A stretch of 63,866 bases of DNA, counting the filler, from Octopus bimaculoides (taxonomy: Eukaryota): the NCBI RefSeq assembly GCF_001194135.2. It is 5 parts of 5 records of this genome, joined end to end, with 100 filler letters (N's around TTAATTAATTAA, not from the genome) between each part and the next. Parts side by side here need not be neighbours in the genome. Positions count along the whole stretch, not along the records: positions 12,635 to 37,702 come from NC_068986.1; 4 more parts are not named here. The stretch is one strand, 5' to 3'. The number at the start of each line of letters is the position of its first letter. Within the stretch, counting starts at the first letter, position 1. A model generated the notes under the pieces. The model was given only the letters and a program-made list of their open reading frames with translations, was not told where the DNA came from and made no database searches. Positions 12,670 to 25,250 of the stretch are shown in pieces. The translations under genes were made by a program, and so were the position numbers.

Positions 12670-13239
12670 GCAGGCATACAGATATGTGCATGTGTGTATG
12701 ATTGTACGTTTGACTGTTCGTGTACACGTATATGATTGCGTATGAGTGTGTGTGTTCTCGCGCGAACGAGTGCGCGTGCTGATGTGCATGTATGTGTGTA
12801 TAGGTGAAGGATATAGGGCGTGGAAAATTCAGTTTCAATTATGCATGCCCTGAGGGTCCAACAGGGAAAGTATAAGCTCCATGCTGAGCTAGATTGATAA
12901 CTAGCATCGCTGTGCAATATTGACCCTGCCCCCACCATCCTAGCCCTTATTTTTGCTCCCCAATTTATTTGCTTCTTCAAATTAGGGTTACAGCTTCCTG
13001 TTGTTTTATTACACATAGCTTATATTTTTTTCTCATTTTTTCATGTTTATTTTTTGTTTTCATTCATTTTGTTCTGAAACTATTTAATTTCTTTCTTCTA
13101 TTGCTTATTCTTTTTCTTTTTCTTTTTCTTTTTTCCTCCTTCTCCCCTTTTTTCCATCTCCACCTCTTTCTTTTTCGTCTTTTCTTAATCTTTTCCTATT
13201 TCCTTTTCTTCTCTCTCTTCTACTTCTTCATTCTCAGCT

Positions 13240-13569
13240 TTCTCATCATCATCATCATCATCATCATCATCTTCTTTTTTCTTTTATCGTTTTCTTTTCC
13301 TTTCGTCCCTTCTTCCTTTCCCCTTCTTCTTCTTCTACTCGGGTTACCTATCTTTATTTACCTATCCTTGTTATTTTCTCCTCAACTGTCTTCTTTTTCT
13401 AGTTGTTGTTGTTGTTGTTGTTGTTGTTGTTCTTCTTCTTCTTCTTCTTCTTCTTCTTCTTCTTCTTCTTCTTCTTCTTCTTCTTCTCCTTCTTCCTCTA
13501 CTTCCTCTTATTACTATTATTGTTATTATTATTATTATCACTATTATTATTATTATTATTATTATTATT
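13240..13569. repeat. Compound microsatellite (TCA)n/(GTT)n/(TCT)n/(ATT)n in a pyrimidine-rich tract
   Basis: Direct inspection; explains ORFs 12969-13784 and 13403-13813. Confidence 0.95.
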
Positions 13570-13708
13570 NNNNNNNNNNNNNNNNNNNNNNNNNNNNNNN
13601 NNNNNNNNNNNNNNNNNNNNNNNNNNNNNNNNNNNNNNNNNNNNNNNNNNNNNNNNNNNNNNNNNNNNNNNNNNNNNNNNNNNNNNNNNNNNNNNNNNNN
13701 NNNNNNNT

Positions 13709-14340
13709 CGATGTAATCGATATAATCCCTTTTCCCAAAATTTCAGGTCTTGTGCCTTTCATCCTTTCGGGGTCGATAATTTAAGTACCAGTTACGCACT
13801 GGGGTCGATGTAATCGACTTAATCCCTTGTCTGTCCTTGTTTGTTCCCTCTGTGTGTAGCCCCTTGTGGGCAGTAAAGAAATAAGAAACGTTTGCACTCA
13901 GGGCGAAATGCTTAGCGATATTTCGTCTGTCTTTGCGTTCTGAATTCAAATTCTGCCGAGGTCGACTTTGCCTTTCATCCTTTCAGGGTCGATGAATTAA
14001 GTACCAGTTGATTACTGGAGTCGATGTAATTGACTGTCCCTCTCCTCCAAAATGTTGGGCCTTGGGCCTAGAGTAGAAAAGAATATTATCTTGATCTGAA
14101 ATCGTTGGCACGCCGGCCGAAATGCTTAGCGGTATTTCGTCCGTATTTACGATCTGAGTTGAAACCCACCGAGGTCGACGTTAACTTTTATCCTTTCGGG
14201 GTGGATGAAATCGATTTACCACCCTCCTCAAATTGCTGGCTTTGTGCCAAAATTAGAAACCAATATTATTTTGTTCTAAGGCAGCGAACTGGCGGAGTCG
14301 TTAGCCCACCGGGCAAAATGCTTATCAACATGTTTCATAA
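13709..14340 (+). mobile_element. Head-to-tail cluster of about four SINE family C copies
   Basis: Recurring ccgaggtcgactttgcctttcatcctttcggggtcgat..aagtaccagt...gtcgatgtaatcgact core at ~13745, ~13955 and ~14170, with a fourth head at ~14280. The core resembles Deu/Nin-domain SINE cores (from memory). Confidence 0.8.
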
Positions 14341-14634
14341 TTTCTAAGTTTGTCGAATATCTTATTTATTTAGTACTTTTATTTGGATAATTTTGATCAA
14401 ATAAAACTCAGAACTCCGTGTTTGTCAATTATTATACTTCGATTGATTTAGAATACTTTGAGCAAACTAAACATGAAATTGATTAATTTTTCTCTCAGCA
14501 TAGGGATAGAAGGGAGGCTAACGCCTATCCTGACTAGACAATAAAGACTAAAAATGATGAAAGTAAAATTATCTCAAAAAATATCGTTGACGTTTCCAAA
14601 CTAGCACCATTTTCATGCGTATAGTCATTACAAA

Positions 14635-15023
14635 GTGGAGGCGCAATAGCCCAGTGGTTAGGGCAGCGGACCCGCGGTCATGGGATCGCGGTTTCGATTC
14701 CCAGACCGGGCGTTGTGAGTGTTTAATGAGCGAAAACACCTTGAAGCCCCACGAGGCTCCGGCAGGGAAGGGTGGCGAACCCTGCTGTACTCTTTCACCA
14801 CAACTTTCTCTCACTCTTACTTCCTGTTTCTGTTGTGCCTGTAATTCAATGGGTCAGCCTTGTCACACTGTGTCACGCTGAATATCCCCGAGAACTGCGT
14901 TAAGGGTACACGTGTCTGTGGAGTGCTCAGCCACTTGCACGTTAATTTCACGAGCAGGCTGTTCCGTTGATCGGATCAACTGGAATCCTCGACGTCGTAA
15001 GCGACGGAGTGCCAACAACAAGG
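14635..15023 (+). mobile_element. Full-length tRNA-derived SINE family A with 9-bp TSD
   Basis: A-box tagcccagtgg, B-box gtttcgattcc, 3' tail gtcgtaagcgacggagtgcc(aac)n; TSD cattacaaa at 14626-14634 and 15024-15032. Confidence 0.93.
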
Positions 15024-15544
15024 CATTACAAAAATTAGGATAAAGAAATCATGTATGATCTTGTGCACGCATAGACATTCAATAATAAGCCTAGGGAAGT
15101 GTCAATAATCATCCTCCTTTTAGTAGTGGGTTATCTGTATTATTATCTAATAAGAATACCTTAGATAAGAAGACCCCTACAGTAACACTGATCCCGGTAC
15201 ATATAAAGACGTGATTTATTTCAAAGGAATCCCCAGCATCCCACCGTAATAAGAACCTCTGAAATGTCATCTAGATTCAGCTTCTCTTTTTTCATTGAAT
15301 TTTTATTTCAATTCTTCCAACAACATTTTTAAAAAAATTTAATTGATTTAAATTTCCCTGCTAAACATAAATATAGAAACTTATTCAATAGGAATATTCT
15401 TATATGAAATTAGTTTCCTCACAAGCAGGCTTTTTCTCTCCCTCCCTCTCACCTTTCTCTCCCTCCCACTCACCTTTCTCTCCCTCCTCTCTCTCTTTCT
15501 CTCTTTCTATCTATCTATCTATCTATCTCTGTCTTTCTTTCTGC

Positions 15545-15578
<34 letters not shown>

Positions 15579-15588
15579 NNNNNNNNNN

Positions 15589-15646
<58 letters not shown>

Positions 15647-16895
15647 GTCACTATCTCCCCCTCTTTTTCTCTCCCTCCCTCTCTCTCTCTCCCTCTAAAC
15701 GTACCTAGTTATTTAATGCTTTATACAAGACTGTCCTTTCTCACCAGCCTTCTACCTGTCCATTCTTTTTCTTTTTACATCTGTTCACAAGTATCAGCAC
15801 ATCTCCTACTCTATATATCTGAATGCCTACATAGATAACAAATTAACTAAATGACGAAATAGCTGACAAAAAGAAACTTCTACACCGTACCTCAGTTGAT
15901 CTATATATTGGTGTGTCTGGACTTCTACCGATATATTTTGCTAATTAGATATCCAACTATGTTAGTTATTTCACAATCTCTATCTTAGTGTCTCTCCATC
16001 TTTCCCATGTACTCTNNNNNNNNNNNNNNNNNNNNNNNNNNNNNNNNNNNNNNNNNNNNNNNNNNNNNNNNATATATATATATATAAGGAAGCATAGACA
16101 GATATATTTATCCATATCTGTCTACGCTTCCCTATCTTTTCTCTAGGCACATCACTTTTTTCTCTTTTCCCCTCAATATCTTCCTATCTTTCACTTGTAC
16201 GCTTGCATCTTTCTGTGTGTCAACAACATATATTTTAAAATAATTACGTTCACAGCCAGACTTGTTCATTACTAAAATTACAGAATTCAATTGAATAAAA
16301 ACTTACTCAAGAATTTTCCCAACACACCTTTAGATTTACCTGAATTTAATTAACCCGCCAGAATTGTCAATATTACTCACATACAGCCGGGTGTTAACTT
16401 GTTCTGTATTACTTATTGTTCGTAAACATTACTTTAACATGAAACTTTAAGTAATTTTATTTTTCCGTGTGGTTTTCCTCTGTTAAATTATTTTATATAT
16501 TTATTTTTATTTTCCTTTTTAGCAAATTTTACAATTCTCCTTTTACTGAATTATTTTTGTAATTTTTAACTTCCAGTTTCTTTTCTCGTAATATGTGATC
16601 AGATGTCAGGTGTTTACTGTCATATACATATGACTGTGTATAGAGGAATATATTATTTTGTTTAAAAGAGTTCCAGCACTGTCTGTTCTTTATGTTTTAT
16701 TTATATTCCTGCAGAACCAATGTGGAGTATAGAATATGGAATATACAATATATAATATAATATACAATATATAATATAAAATAAAATAAAATAAAAATGG
16801 ATGGCACCATGAAAGAAAGTATTGAATGTAGATGAAATATTGAGTGTTCAATATAAAGGATCAAATATATAAATATAAAAATATAAATATATAAA

Positions 16896-16935
16896 GGCGA
16901 CTCGAGTTTCAGGGCTATTTCCCTTCGTCATGGCC
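16896..16935 (-). ncRNA. Near-intact minimal type I hammerhead ribozyme
   Basis: Minus strand GGC-CATGACGA-AGGG-aaatag-CCCT-GAAA-CTCGAG-TC-GCC. It has a 3-bp stem I, 4-bp stem II, a palindromic ACTCGAGT stem III and a GUC triplet. One extra A lies in the C3-U4 core. Confidence 0.7.
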
Positions 16936-17409
16936 GGTATGACAGACTTTATATATATGGGAGAATATACAAAAAATAACAACAGACGAGGANNNNNNNN
17001 NNNNNNNNNNNNNNNNNNNNNNNNNNNNNNNNNNNNNNNNNNNNNNNNNNNNNNNNNNNNNNNNNNNNNNNNNNNNNNNNNNNNNNNNNNNNNNNNNNNN
17101 NNNNNNNNNNNNNNNNNNNNNNNNNNNNNNNNNNNNNNNNNNNNNNNNNNNNNNNNNNNNNNNNNNNNNNNNNNNNNNNNNNNNNNNNNNNNNNNNNNNN
17201 NNNNNNNNNNNNNNNNNNNNNNNNNNNNNNNNNNNNNNNNNNNNNNNNNNNNNNNNNNNNNNNNNNNNNNNNNNNNNNNNNNNNNNNNNNNNNNNNNNNN
17301 NNNNNNNNNNNNNNNNNNNNNNNNNNNNNNNNNNNNNNNNNNNNNNNNNNNNNNNNNNNNNNTATATATATATGTACGTAAATAAGTAGACAAATTGACA
17401 GAACAACAC

Positions 17410-17462
<53 letters not shown>

Positions 17463-17871
17463 GCATTGCACAACGGCTTTTGTCTTCTGGCCTCTGAGAG
17501 ATAAATAGCATATTGTTATTTACGTTTTACAGTGTGCAGAAACTCGGTCACAGCCAAACTGGTCTGTCAAATTTGCATTCTTATGCAAATTAGACGGACA
17601 GAGATAATTAATTATGCAGTATACGGCGAAGTTTGGACAATTTGAAATAGAATATATACATGGACGACTCCTGGCACTAAAACTGGTGCATACAACATTA
17701 AAAATCAAATCCACGGGTTTGTTTCTTGCGTCTATTTATGTATCCTGTGTATATATTACCTGACTTACCATCACATAGCAAAGGCTATTAAATGTTAAGA
17801 ATACAGTTTTAATAAATTTAGTTTTTACTTCGACATCAAGAGCAAATATATTGGTTAGGCAGCCATTTTAT

Positions 17872-17959
17872 CTTGCGAGATGGTACCTTGCGAGATGGTA
17901 CCTTGCGAGGTGGTACCTTGCGAGGTGGTACCTTGCGAGGTGGTACCTTGCGAGGTGGT
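17872..17959 (+). repeat. 15-bp minisatellite (cttgcgagRtggtac)n, at least 6 copies, running into an N gap
   Basis: Exact 15-bp periodicity starting at 17872, 17887, 17902, 17917, 17932 and 17947. Confidence 0.97.
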
Positions 17960-18145
17960 NNNNNNNNNNNNNNNNNNNNNNNNNNNNNNNNNNNNNNNNN
18001 NNNNNNNNNNNNNNNNNNNNNNNNNNNNNNNNNNNNNNNNNNNNNNNNNNNNNNNNNNNNNNNNNNNNNNNNNNNNNNNNNNNNNNNNNNNNNNNNNNNN
18101 NNNNNNNNNNNNNNNNNNNNNNNNNNNNNNNNNNNNNNNNNNNNN

Positions 18146-19192
18146 GCCTCTTCCACATCTGCAAAACGTTTTCCTTTAAGGACTTTTTTCATTGGGTGGG
18201 GAACGAAAACAATCGCAGGGAGCAAGGTCGGGTGTGTGGGGAGGGTGGGTAAGCGGGGCTATACCATTTTTGGTCAAAACCTGTCTGATATTTAAGGCGG
18301 TGTGCGCAAGCGCGTTGTCTTGATGAGACCACCACTCTCTACTTTGTCACAAGTGAGGCCGTTTTCGTCTCACCGCATCTCGCAAATGCTTCAAAACTTC
18401 AAAGTAAAATGTCTGATTAACAGTTTAACAGTTTGACCAGGAGGAACAAATTCTGTGTGGACAAATCCTTTCTCACCGATGAAACAAATCAGCATCATCG
18501 TCTTGACACTGGACTTCACTTGACGCGTTTTGTGGGGGCGTGGTGACATTGAACTCTTCCATTGACTTGATTGCTGTTCCGTTTCCGGGTCGTAACTGTA
18601 ACATTAACTTTCATCATCAGGGATGACTTTCAGATAAAAGGTCCGGATCAACTTCCAACTGTTCTTTCAGTTTTCAGCACGCATTCAGTTGTGACTGGTT
18701 TTGATCTTCCGAGAGCAAATGAGGTACAAATTTTGCTACAACTGTTTTCCTTCGCAATTCCTCGCTCAAAATTCATTGGCAGGAGCTCCAAGACACACCA
18801 GTCGTACTAATACGCTTGTCAATTGTTCGGCGACGGTCCTTCAAAATCAGTTCATGAATTTTCATGTTTTCTGTCGTTCGGGAGAGTGAAAACTACTCGC
18901 AAGTTTGTGTTTTGCTCATGGCAGCGTCCTTGTAAGCTGTTTGAAGCATCACAACTGTTTCAGTCGTCGCTTGCACCATCAGAAAAGAGAATTTCACGGA
19001 AGCACGCTGTGCTTCGTTTCAACCTTCGCAAAAATCGATGTACAGAGGAGAAGCACTGCAAAACAATAACGCACCGTGTGGAAGTACGAATACACCAGTT
19101 GACAGACTGATGCCTGAGGGTTGCATCAAGTGACTTCTACGACTGGCTTGCCCCACAGAGAACGTTTCCGGTTACTTTTGGGTACCCCCTCG
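18146..19192 (-). mobile_element. Degenerate mariner transposon, irritans-like subfamily
   Basis: Minus-strand translation: EAQRASVKFS..TETVVMLQTAYKDAAMSKTQ, IHELILKDRRRTI, AKFVPHLL, HTEFVPPGQTV, QDNALAHTA..HPPHTPDLAPCD, KKVLKGKRFADVEE. TIR TA-CGAGGGGGTACCCAAAAGTAACCGG at 19192; the other end lies in the gap. Confidence 0.9.
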
Positions 19193-19793
19193 TATAAACA
19201 TATGCATGTATATATACACAAGCAGTCACATAACCACCACTGATATATGAGTATTGTCTCTTCATGCATATCATTAATATATCTATTAATATCAATCAGA
19301 CGCATATTAATAATAGTGAATGCATATATATTAATAGTCAACATATGAATATAAATATATAAATATGTGTGTCTCTGTGTGTGTATGTGCGTGTGTGCAT
19401 GTATACGTTGGTGTACCTACGTAACACTATATCTGATTAAAATACCCATATCCACAGTGAGATATTACGATAAATCAAAACATATATAAAATTATCACAA
19501 ATGAAATAAATATAGCTGTTTGCAATATCAGTCATATTTTTATGTAATCTTCAATATATTTTCCTACTTATATCTTTGATATTTTTTCTCTCTACCAGCT
19601 GGTATGCTATTGTATCAACACTCGTAAATGTCGAATGTTAGAGATAAGTATCCATGTATCATTTACAGCGAAAATATCTAACAAATCGACAGGGAATTTT
19701 TTTTTTTGTTTTAACTGTCGTCGATTATTATTTTCAAATTCTCTTTTATACTGCACTTCGTTGTGTTATTTTGTGTTATATAGGCATATAGGT

Positions 19794-19910
<117 letters not shown>

Positions 19911-20439
19911 GTGTATGTATAGATAGATAGATAGATAGATAGAATGACAAATAGATATTTATGCATATATATATATTTTATATATTTACATATGTATATA
20001 TGTACCTATATATTTTATATATTTATATACGTAAATATGTACCTATATATTTTATATATGTATATATGTGTGCATTTGTGTGTCACTGCACATGTATGTG
20101 TAAATTTCGTAATTATACTACTAAGCATTTCACAAGCATAGAAAACATCATTTTTGTGTAAATCATTATTGTAAAGAACTCAATAAAGGCGAAAATAATC
20201 CCAAAATAAGAACGATAAAGTGTGTGTGTGTGTGTGTGTGAGTGTCTGTATATATATATACATATATATATAAGCTAGTTTCGAATAGCCAGAATGAGAC
20301 TGCGTTGGTGGATAAATATTCCTTGTCCATGGTTTAAAAATCAGAAACAATTCTTTCATGTTAAAAGTTCTTCACAATTGTTAAAGTGTGGAATATACAT
20401 ATATATATATTATGTGTATATTGCTTAGGTAGTACGACA

Positions 20440-21107
20440 CTAATATCTTGATGTAGAAGTAGAACATTTGTGCTGTGTATAGAGAGGGTGCCATAGCTGA
20501 AAGAACCGCTCGTGATTGGTATGCCAAGTTCAAAAAGGGAACTTTTGACCTCAAAGACGCACCTCGTTCTGGCCGTCCATTTGAGTTCGAACCTTTTGCA
20601 CGAAAATTCTCGTTAAACGACAAGGGAACTGGCAGAGAAAAGGGAATGCTCCCACACTGCTATAGAAAAGCACCTTCACTCGATTGGAAAGGTTCAGAAG
20701 TATGGAGCATGGGTTCTGCATGCTTTAAGTGACAACAACAAAAATCAACGAGCCACAATCTCTACTGGTTTGCTTGCTTGTCACCGCTCAACTCATGGAC
20801 ACAACCAACGATTACTTCACCGAATCCTTACTGGCGACGTAAAATGGTGCCTGTACATCAATATGAAGCGTTAGGAATGGCTTAGCCCCAATAAACAAGC
20901 GATACCGTGCGTGAAACAAGAGCTTCATCCGCGTTGTTGTGCGTATGGTGGGACTGGGATGGGATTATCAATTACGAATTGCTTGAACGGAACCAAACGA
21001 TCAACGTGGAACTCTATGTTCAACAGATGGAACGACTCAACACGGCTATTCACGGGAAAAGACCTAATCGGCAGCATGAAGTTCGTCTGCTGCACGACAA
21101 CGCAGGA
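20440..21107 (+). mobile_element. Internally deleted mariner transposase remnant
   Basis: AIAERTARDWYAKFKKGTFDLKDAPRSGRP, RILTGDVKWCLY, CVWWDWDGIINYELLERNQTIN...LLHDNA; truncated after the second catalytic Asp. Confidence 0.9.
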
Positions 21108-21799
21108 AGCAAGTTATGTGTTTGTAGAGTTTGGATTGATAGAAAGTTATTGTGAGAAGATGCCGTTTCCTTAAGTGCGGAAATTAAGTCACGGGTCAGT
21201 AAAGCGTGGAAGTAACTGTAGAAACAGGTGTATCATTTTCAGGTCAATATATTCTTCTCATAGAAAGTTGGTTTTCTTATGTTTTAGGTTTCACAATTAA
21301 TATTTTTGTTCATTTAGTTGGCACCTAACACATGTCAGTCTGAGGTTAAATTGGTATCGGTGAAATCTAAAAGATCTGTAAGAAATTTTAAACTGCGTGT
21401 TTTGAGGAGTGTTAGGATTGAAAAACTATGATATTATAAATATTTATTGGGGTTTTATACTCTCTTTCTACCTTGATCATTGTGGCTATTTGCATTTATA
21501 TTATGGTATTTTATATTTCATTTATTTGCAAATTTATTTATTTGCATTTTTTATAGTAGAGATCAATAAAGCACCGTGTGACCAGTATAGGTAAGTTAAT
21601 ACGGTGTGAATTTCAAATTAAAAAAATCCCATTATGAATTTGGAAAAAAAAAAAGAAAGATAGTTGATTTACGAGAGTATCTGTTAAGTGGGAATACTTA
21701 TCAATCAGAAGTAAACAAATAACTTCCCCTCTCTCAATAATAATTGAAAAATAAAAAAAGAGAAGTTGTGTTTGGCGACAGTAGGAAGAGAACATTCGA

Positions 21800-22440
21800 G
21801 TATGAATTTATCACGCTGAAGCAAAAGTTAAAAAATTGTCAATAAGAAACTGCAGTCTCAGAAAATAATGGTCAAAGGAAAGATAATTAACAGGAAATTA
21901 ATCAGCAATCTTCAGAAAAAATATGAGATAACAGACAATAAAACTCACAGGGGACATTTTTCAGGAAGATACGAATTCATTGTGGAGTGTAAAAAAGGAG
22001 TTTAATTAGGATGTAGAGTGGCTAGAGGAAATTCGCAAGGAATTTTGTTCTTGCATTACACCAAAATATACTCAATCACTTGACATACCCAAGAGACTGT
22101 TACATAAAATGCTTTAGAATAGGAAAGCACCAGGAAAAGATTTCATTGTCGGTTATTGGTACAAAAAACTGATATTTTATCGAGGATGTCTTATTGATCT
22201 TTACCATCAAGTTCTCAGTGGGGACATAAATATACCAAGTTGGCTGGCATTGGCAGAAAATACTCTAATCCCAAAAAACCAAAGTCACTCACTTGGCAAA
22301 GAAATATCGATGAATTGCGTGCAAGAATTTAATGTATGAAATGCATGCAGCCTGCCTAAAATCTTGTTCTCCTGAATCGCTGTGATGCAAACAATAACAT
22401 CACCACCGAGGAGGAGGAATCTTGGGGATGTACCGAGTAA
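21800..22440 (+). mobile_element. R4/Dong-type non-LTR retrotransposon fragment (pre-RT and RT N-terminus)
   Basis: KAPGKDFIVGYWYKKL...IPSWLALAENTLIPK and frameshifted KYR*IACKNLMY match domains 0-2 of R4-clade RTs. Confidence 0.75.
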
Positions 22441-22839
22441 CTTTTCATTTTAATATTATGATATCAAAGATGCGACGGCGTAAGAGAAAACTGACTGCAG
22501 TGAACAAAGAATGAGAAGCTATACATATAGAAGCTATACTTTCGTCGGCTCAATGTTTCAGAAATCATAATCTAGTCCACAGAAATATGATTTCATTGAG
22601 AACCAGTATTCCGAATAAAAAGACTATATTGTCAGTATCATTATAAATTTTCGGGGGTGAATATTTCACACGAACAGCGTCTTTGTGATGTTGCTAATAT
22701 TTGAAGAGAGTCTCCTATTTTAATTGTTGAGAAAATCTGAAAGATATTAAGCTCAAGAAAAGATTAAAATATTCCCTTGATACCAGATTGAGTCAACAGT
22801 TTTTTTCGTATTTCAAGCTTTGGTATAATAGTTCAAATT

Positions 22840-23825
22840 ACGCAATAAATGTGTTTATTCATCAAAATATATTCCATTATATTCTTTTTGCTGATCCACA
22901 TTTCTGAACCTCCCTTCGTGCAGGAATTGAGTCATGGCTCAGAAAATGTCTGTAAATAGACGGTGCAAGGGCTGGACTATGGGCAGGGTGAAGCAGCACT
23001 TCCAACCCCACAGGTTTCTGAAGTCAGCACTTAGTCACATTAGTAGTGTGTGATGGGGTATATTCATGCTGTAGGAGTGCGCCTCTTTGATTGACCAATG
23101 CCGGGTAGCAGGTTTTTCAGCATCATATAGCTGTAGGTGTTCAACATAAAGGTTAGCATTTACAGCATGACCATCTGGGACAAGCTCAAAGTGCAACAAT
23201 CCCTTTACGTACCACCAAATACAAAACATGAACATTTGTTCAAACCATTCTTGTTTAATAACAGGTTCCGAACCCTTGACCAGAGTGAAGTCACTGATTT
23301 CTCCTATTAGGATTACGAAAATAGATCCATTTTTCATCCCCAGTTACAATTAATCGCCAAAGACGAGCATCTCGAGGATTTTCGAGCTGTTGTTTGCAAA
23401 TGCTCACTCGTCGTTGAGCCAAGTCATTGATCAATTCATGAGGGTCTTCTCTATAGTGTCTGTTCACAAGGCTGTGTTTATGGAAGTGTCGATTGATAGT
23501 CCTTAATGAAGAACTGTCGACAATTTATAAATAGTCGACAAGAAGTTCTGTCGACAATTTGTCAGTGTTTGTTCTTGACTGCTGTTCAACCAATTCAAGC
23601 CAGGCTACATCTTCAACAACAGGGGATCTCCCTGACTTTTGTCTGCCTTCCAGGCTCGTATCACCTTCCTTAAAACGTCTGAACCAGTGGTGTGCAAGAC
23701 ATTCGTTGACAGATCCTGGGTTTTCCGTATCATTGATTTCTTTTGCCGTTGCCCTCGAACTCAGTTCTTTTTCCCACCGGTAGCATAAAATATTTCAAAT
23801 TGTAATTTTTTCACCAATCATTATC
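22840..23825 (-). mobile_element. Degenerate mariner transposon
   Basis: RATAKEINDT..HHWFRRFKEGDTSLEGRQKSGRS (HTH), CIWWYVKGLLHFELVPDGHAVNANLY, SPALAPS (YSPDLAPS-like). Confidence 0.85.
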
Positions 23826-25149
23826 AAGGCTGTAAAATAATGAAAACTAATTCATGTTTATATGTTATAAATGGAAATAAGACAATTAATGAAAGAACAT
23901 GCAGACACAAGTTTCCAAAAACTATCAGTGAAAACCGAAAGCCTTTTGACCCAACGTGGGATGTATCTTTGTGAACGATCTTGAAATACAAGACAAAATT
24001 ATCGTTGGTATAAAGAAAAGCTATGATCTTGTTATGGTAGTCACACAAGGTATAGGGATACATTTGCGCCAACATAAATGTGACCGACTGTGAAATGAAG
24101 GAAAAACTTAGTGACGTCTAACAACTTGAATGACCTAACTATTTCCTCGATACCTCGACAAATGCTGCAAGTCCTTAAAAATGTATAAAAATATATCCTA
24201 TGATAGTATTTGTAACAAGACACTTGAAAACAGGAGAATTAACATTCGGGTATATAATCATGGTCTTCAAAGCTATCAGCATACAACAAATCACATTATG
24301 TCTGTTGTACCAGTACTTTGAATATTTTGAACTAATCGATTGGAAGTTAGATGAGAACATTGATGTTAAGACATGAAAAGCATAAACCACTATCAGAAAT
24401 TTTCGTATCAGGATTGGTATTGACCGCTCCACCTGATACGAAAGCAAGGTAGAAACTTCACATAGTCAAATAGCCTTTGAATGTTGCACTAATTTGTTGC
24501 CACAAAATATACTAATCGACAAACTTCCATGGATAAAATATATATATACTTACATGAAGGAAATAGGAGTTGGAAAAGAGATGCTCGGAATGTGCTTCTT
24601 GACTGCTGACCAGCAATTCTCACGCAGTGAAGTTACACAGCTCTGTCGAGGATGAATGCCAGATTGGTAACTTTTTGCTTATCGGAAACGGATCATACAA
24701 TATTATATTGTCGGTAAGTTACAAAGTGATTGTAATATTGATTGCCAAATTGTTTTATCTAATACACCAACCGATAGTATATTATCTCCCACTTTGAAGG
24801 GTCTGTGATTGCATCCGATGATCTACAAATAATAAAATACCTGTTGTACAAAAGTTATAGAATCCTTTTAGAATTAAAACCAAAAAGGTAACTCACTTTA
24901 GAAGTAACTATCACGATATTTTCTCTCTCTATGACCAATGGAAAAAGGTGTGCACTGTGCCAGTAGTTGTTGGTGTCCTATGTAAGCAGAACAATTAGAA
25001 AGTGGTTGTAATTGAGTCATGAAAAATGAAAATAGAGCCCATCCAGAAGACAGCATTATTTAGTAGAACAAGGAGACTTTCATTAAGTCTACGCGGCTTG
25101 AAAATAACACAGTTCACTGCAAGGGAACAGCAAGTATATTACTGAGCAT

Positions 25150-25189
25150 GCCAGATATAATAATAATAATGATAATAATAATAATAATA

Positions 25190-25250
<61 letters not shown>

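Noticed and set aside
14635-14710. tRNA-like A/B boxes (also 6925-6980 and the family B heads)
   Set aside because: These are SINE heads without a complete cloverleaf; not called as tRNA genes.
17872-17959. Regular short repeats as a CRISPR-like array (also 54485-54742 and 59559-59680)
   Set aside because: No unique spacers, no cas genes, eukaryotic context.
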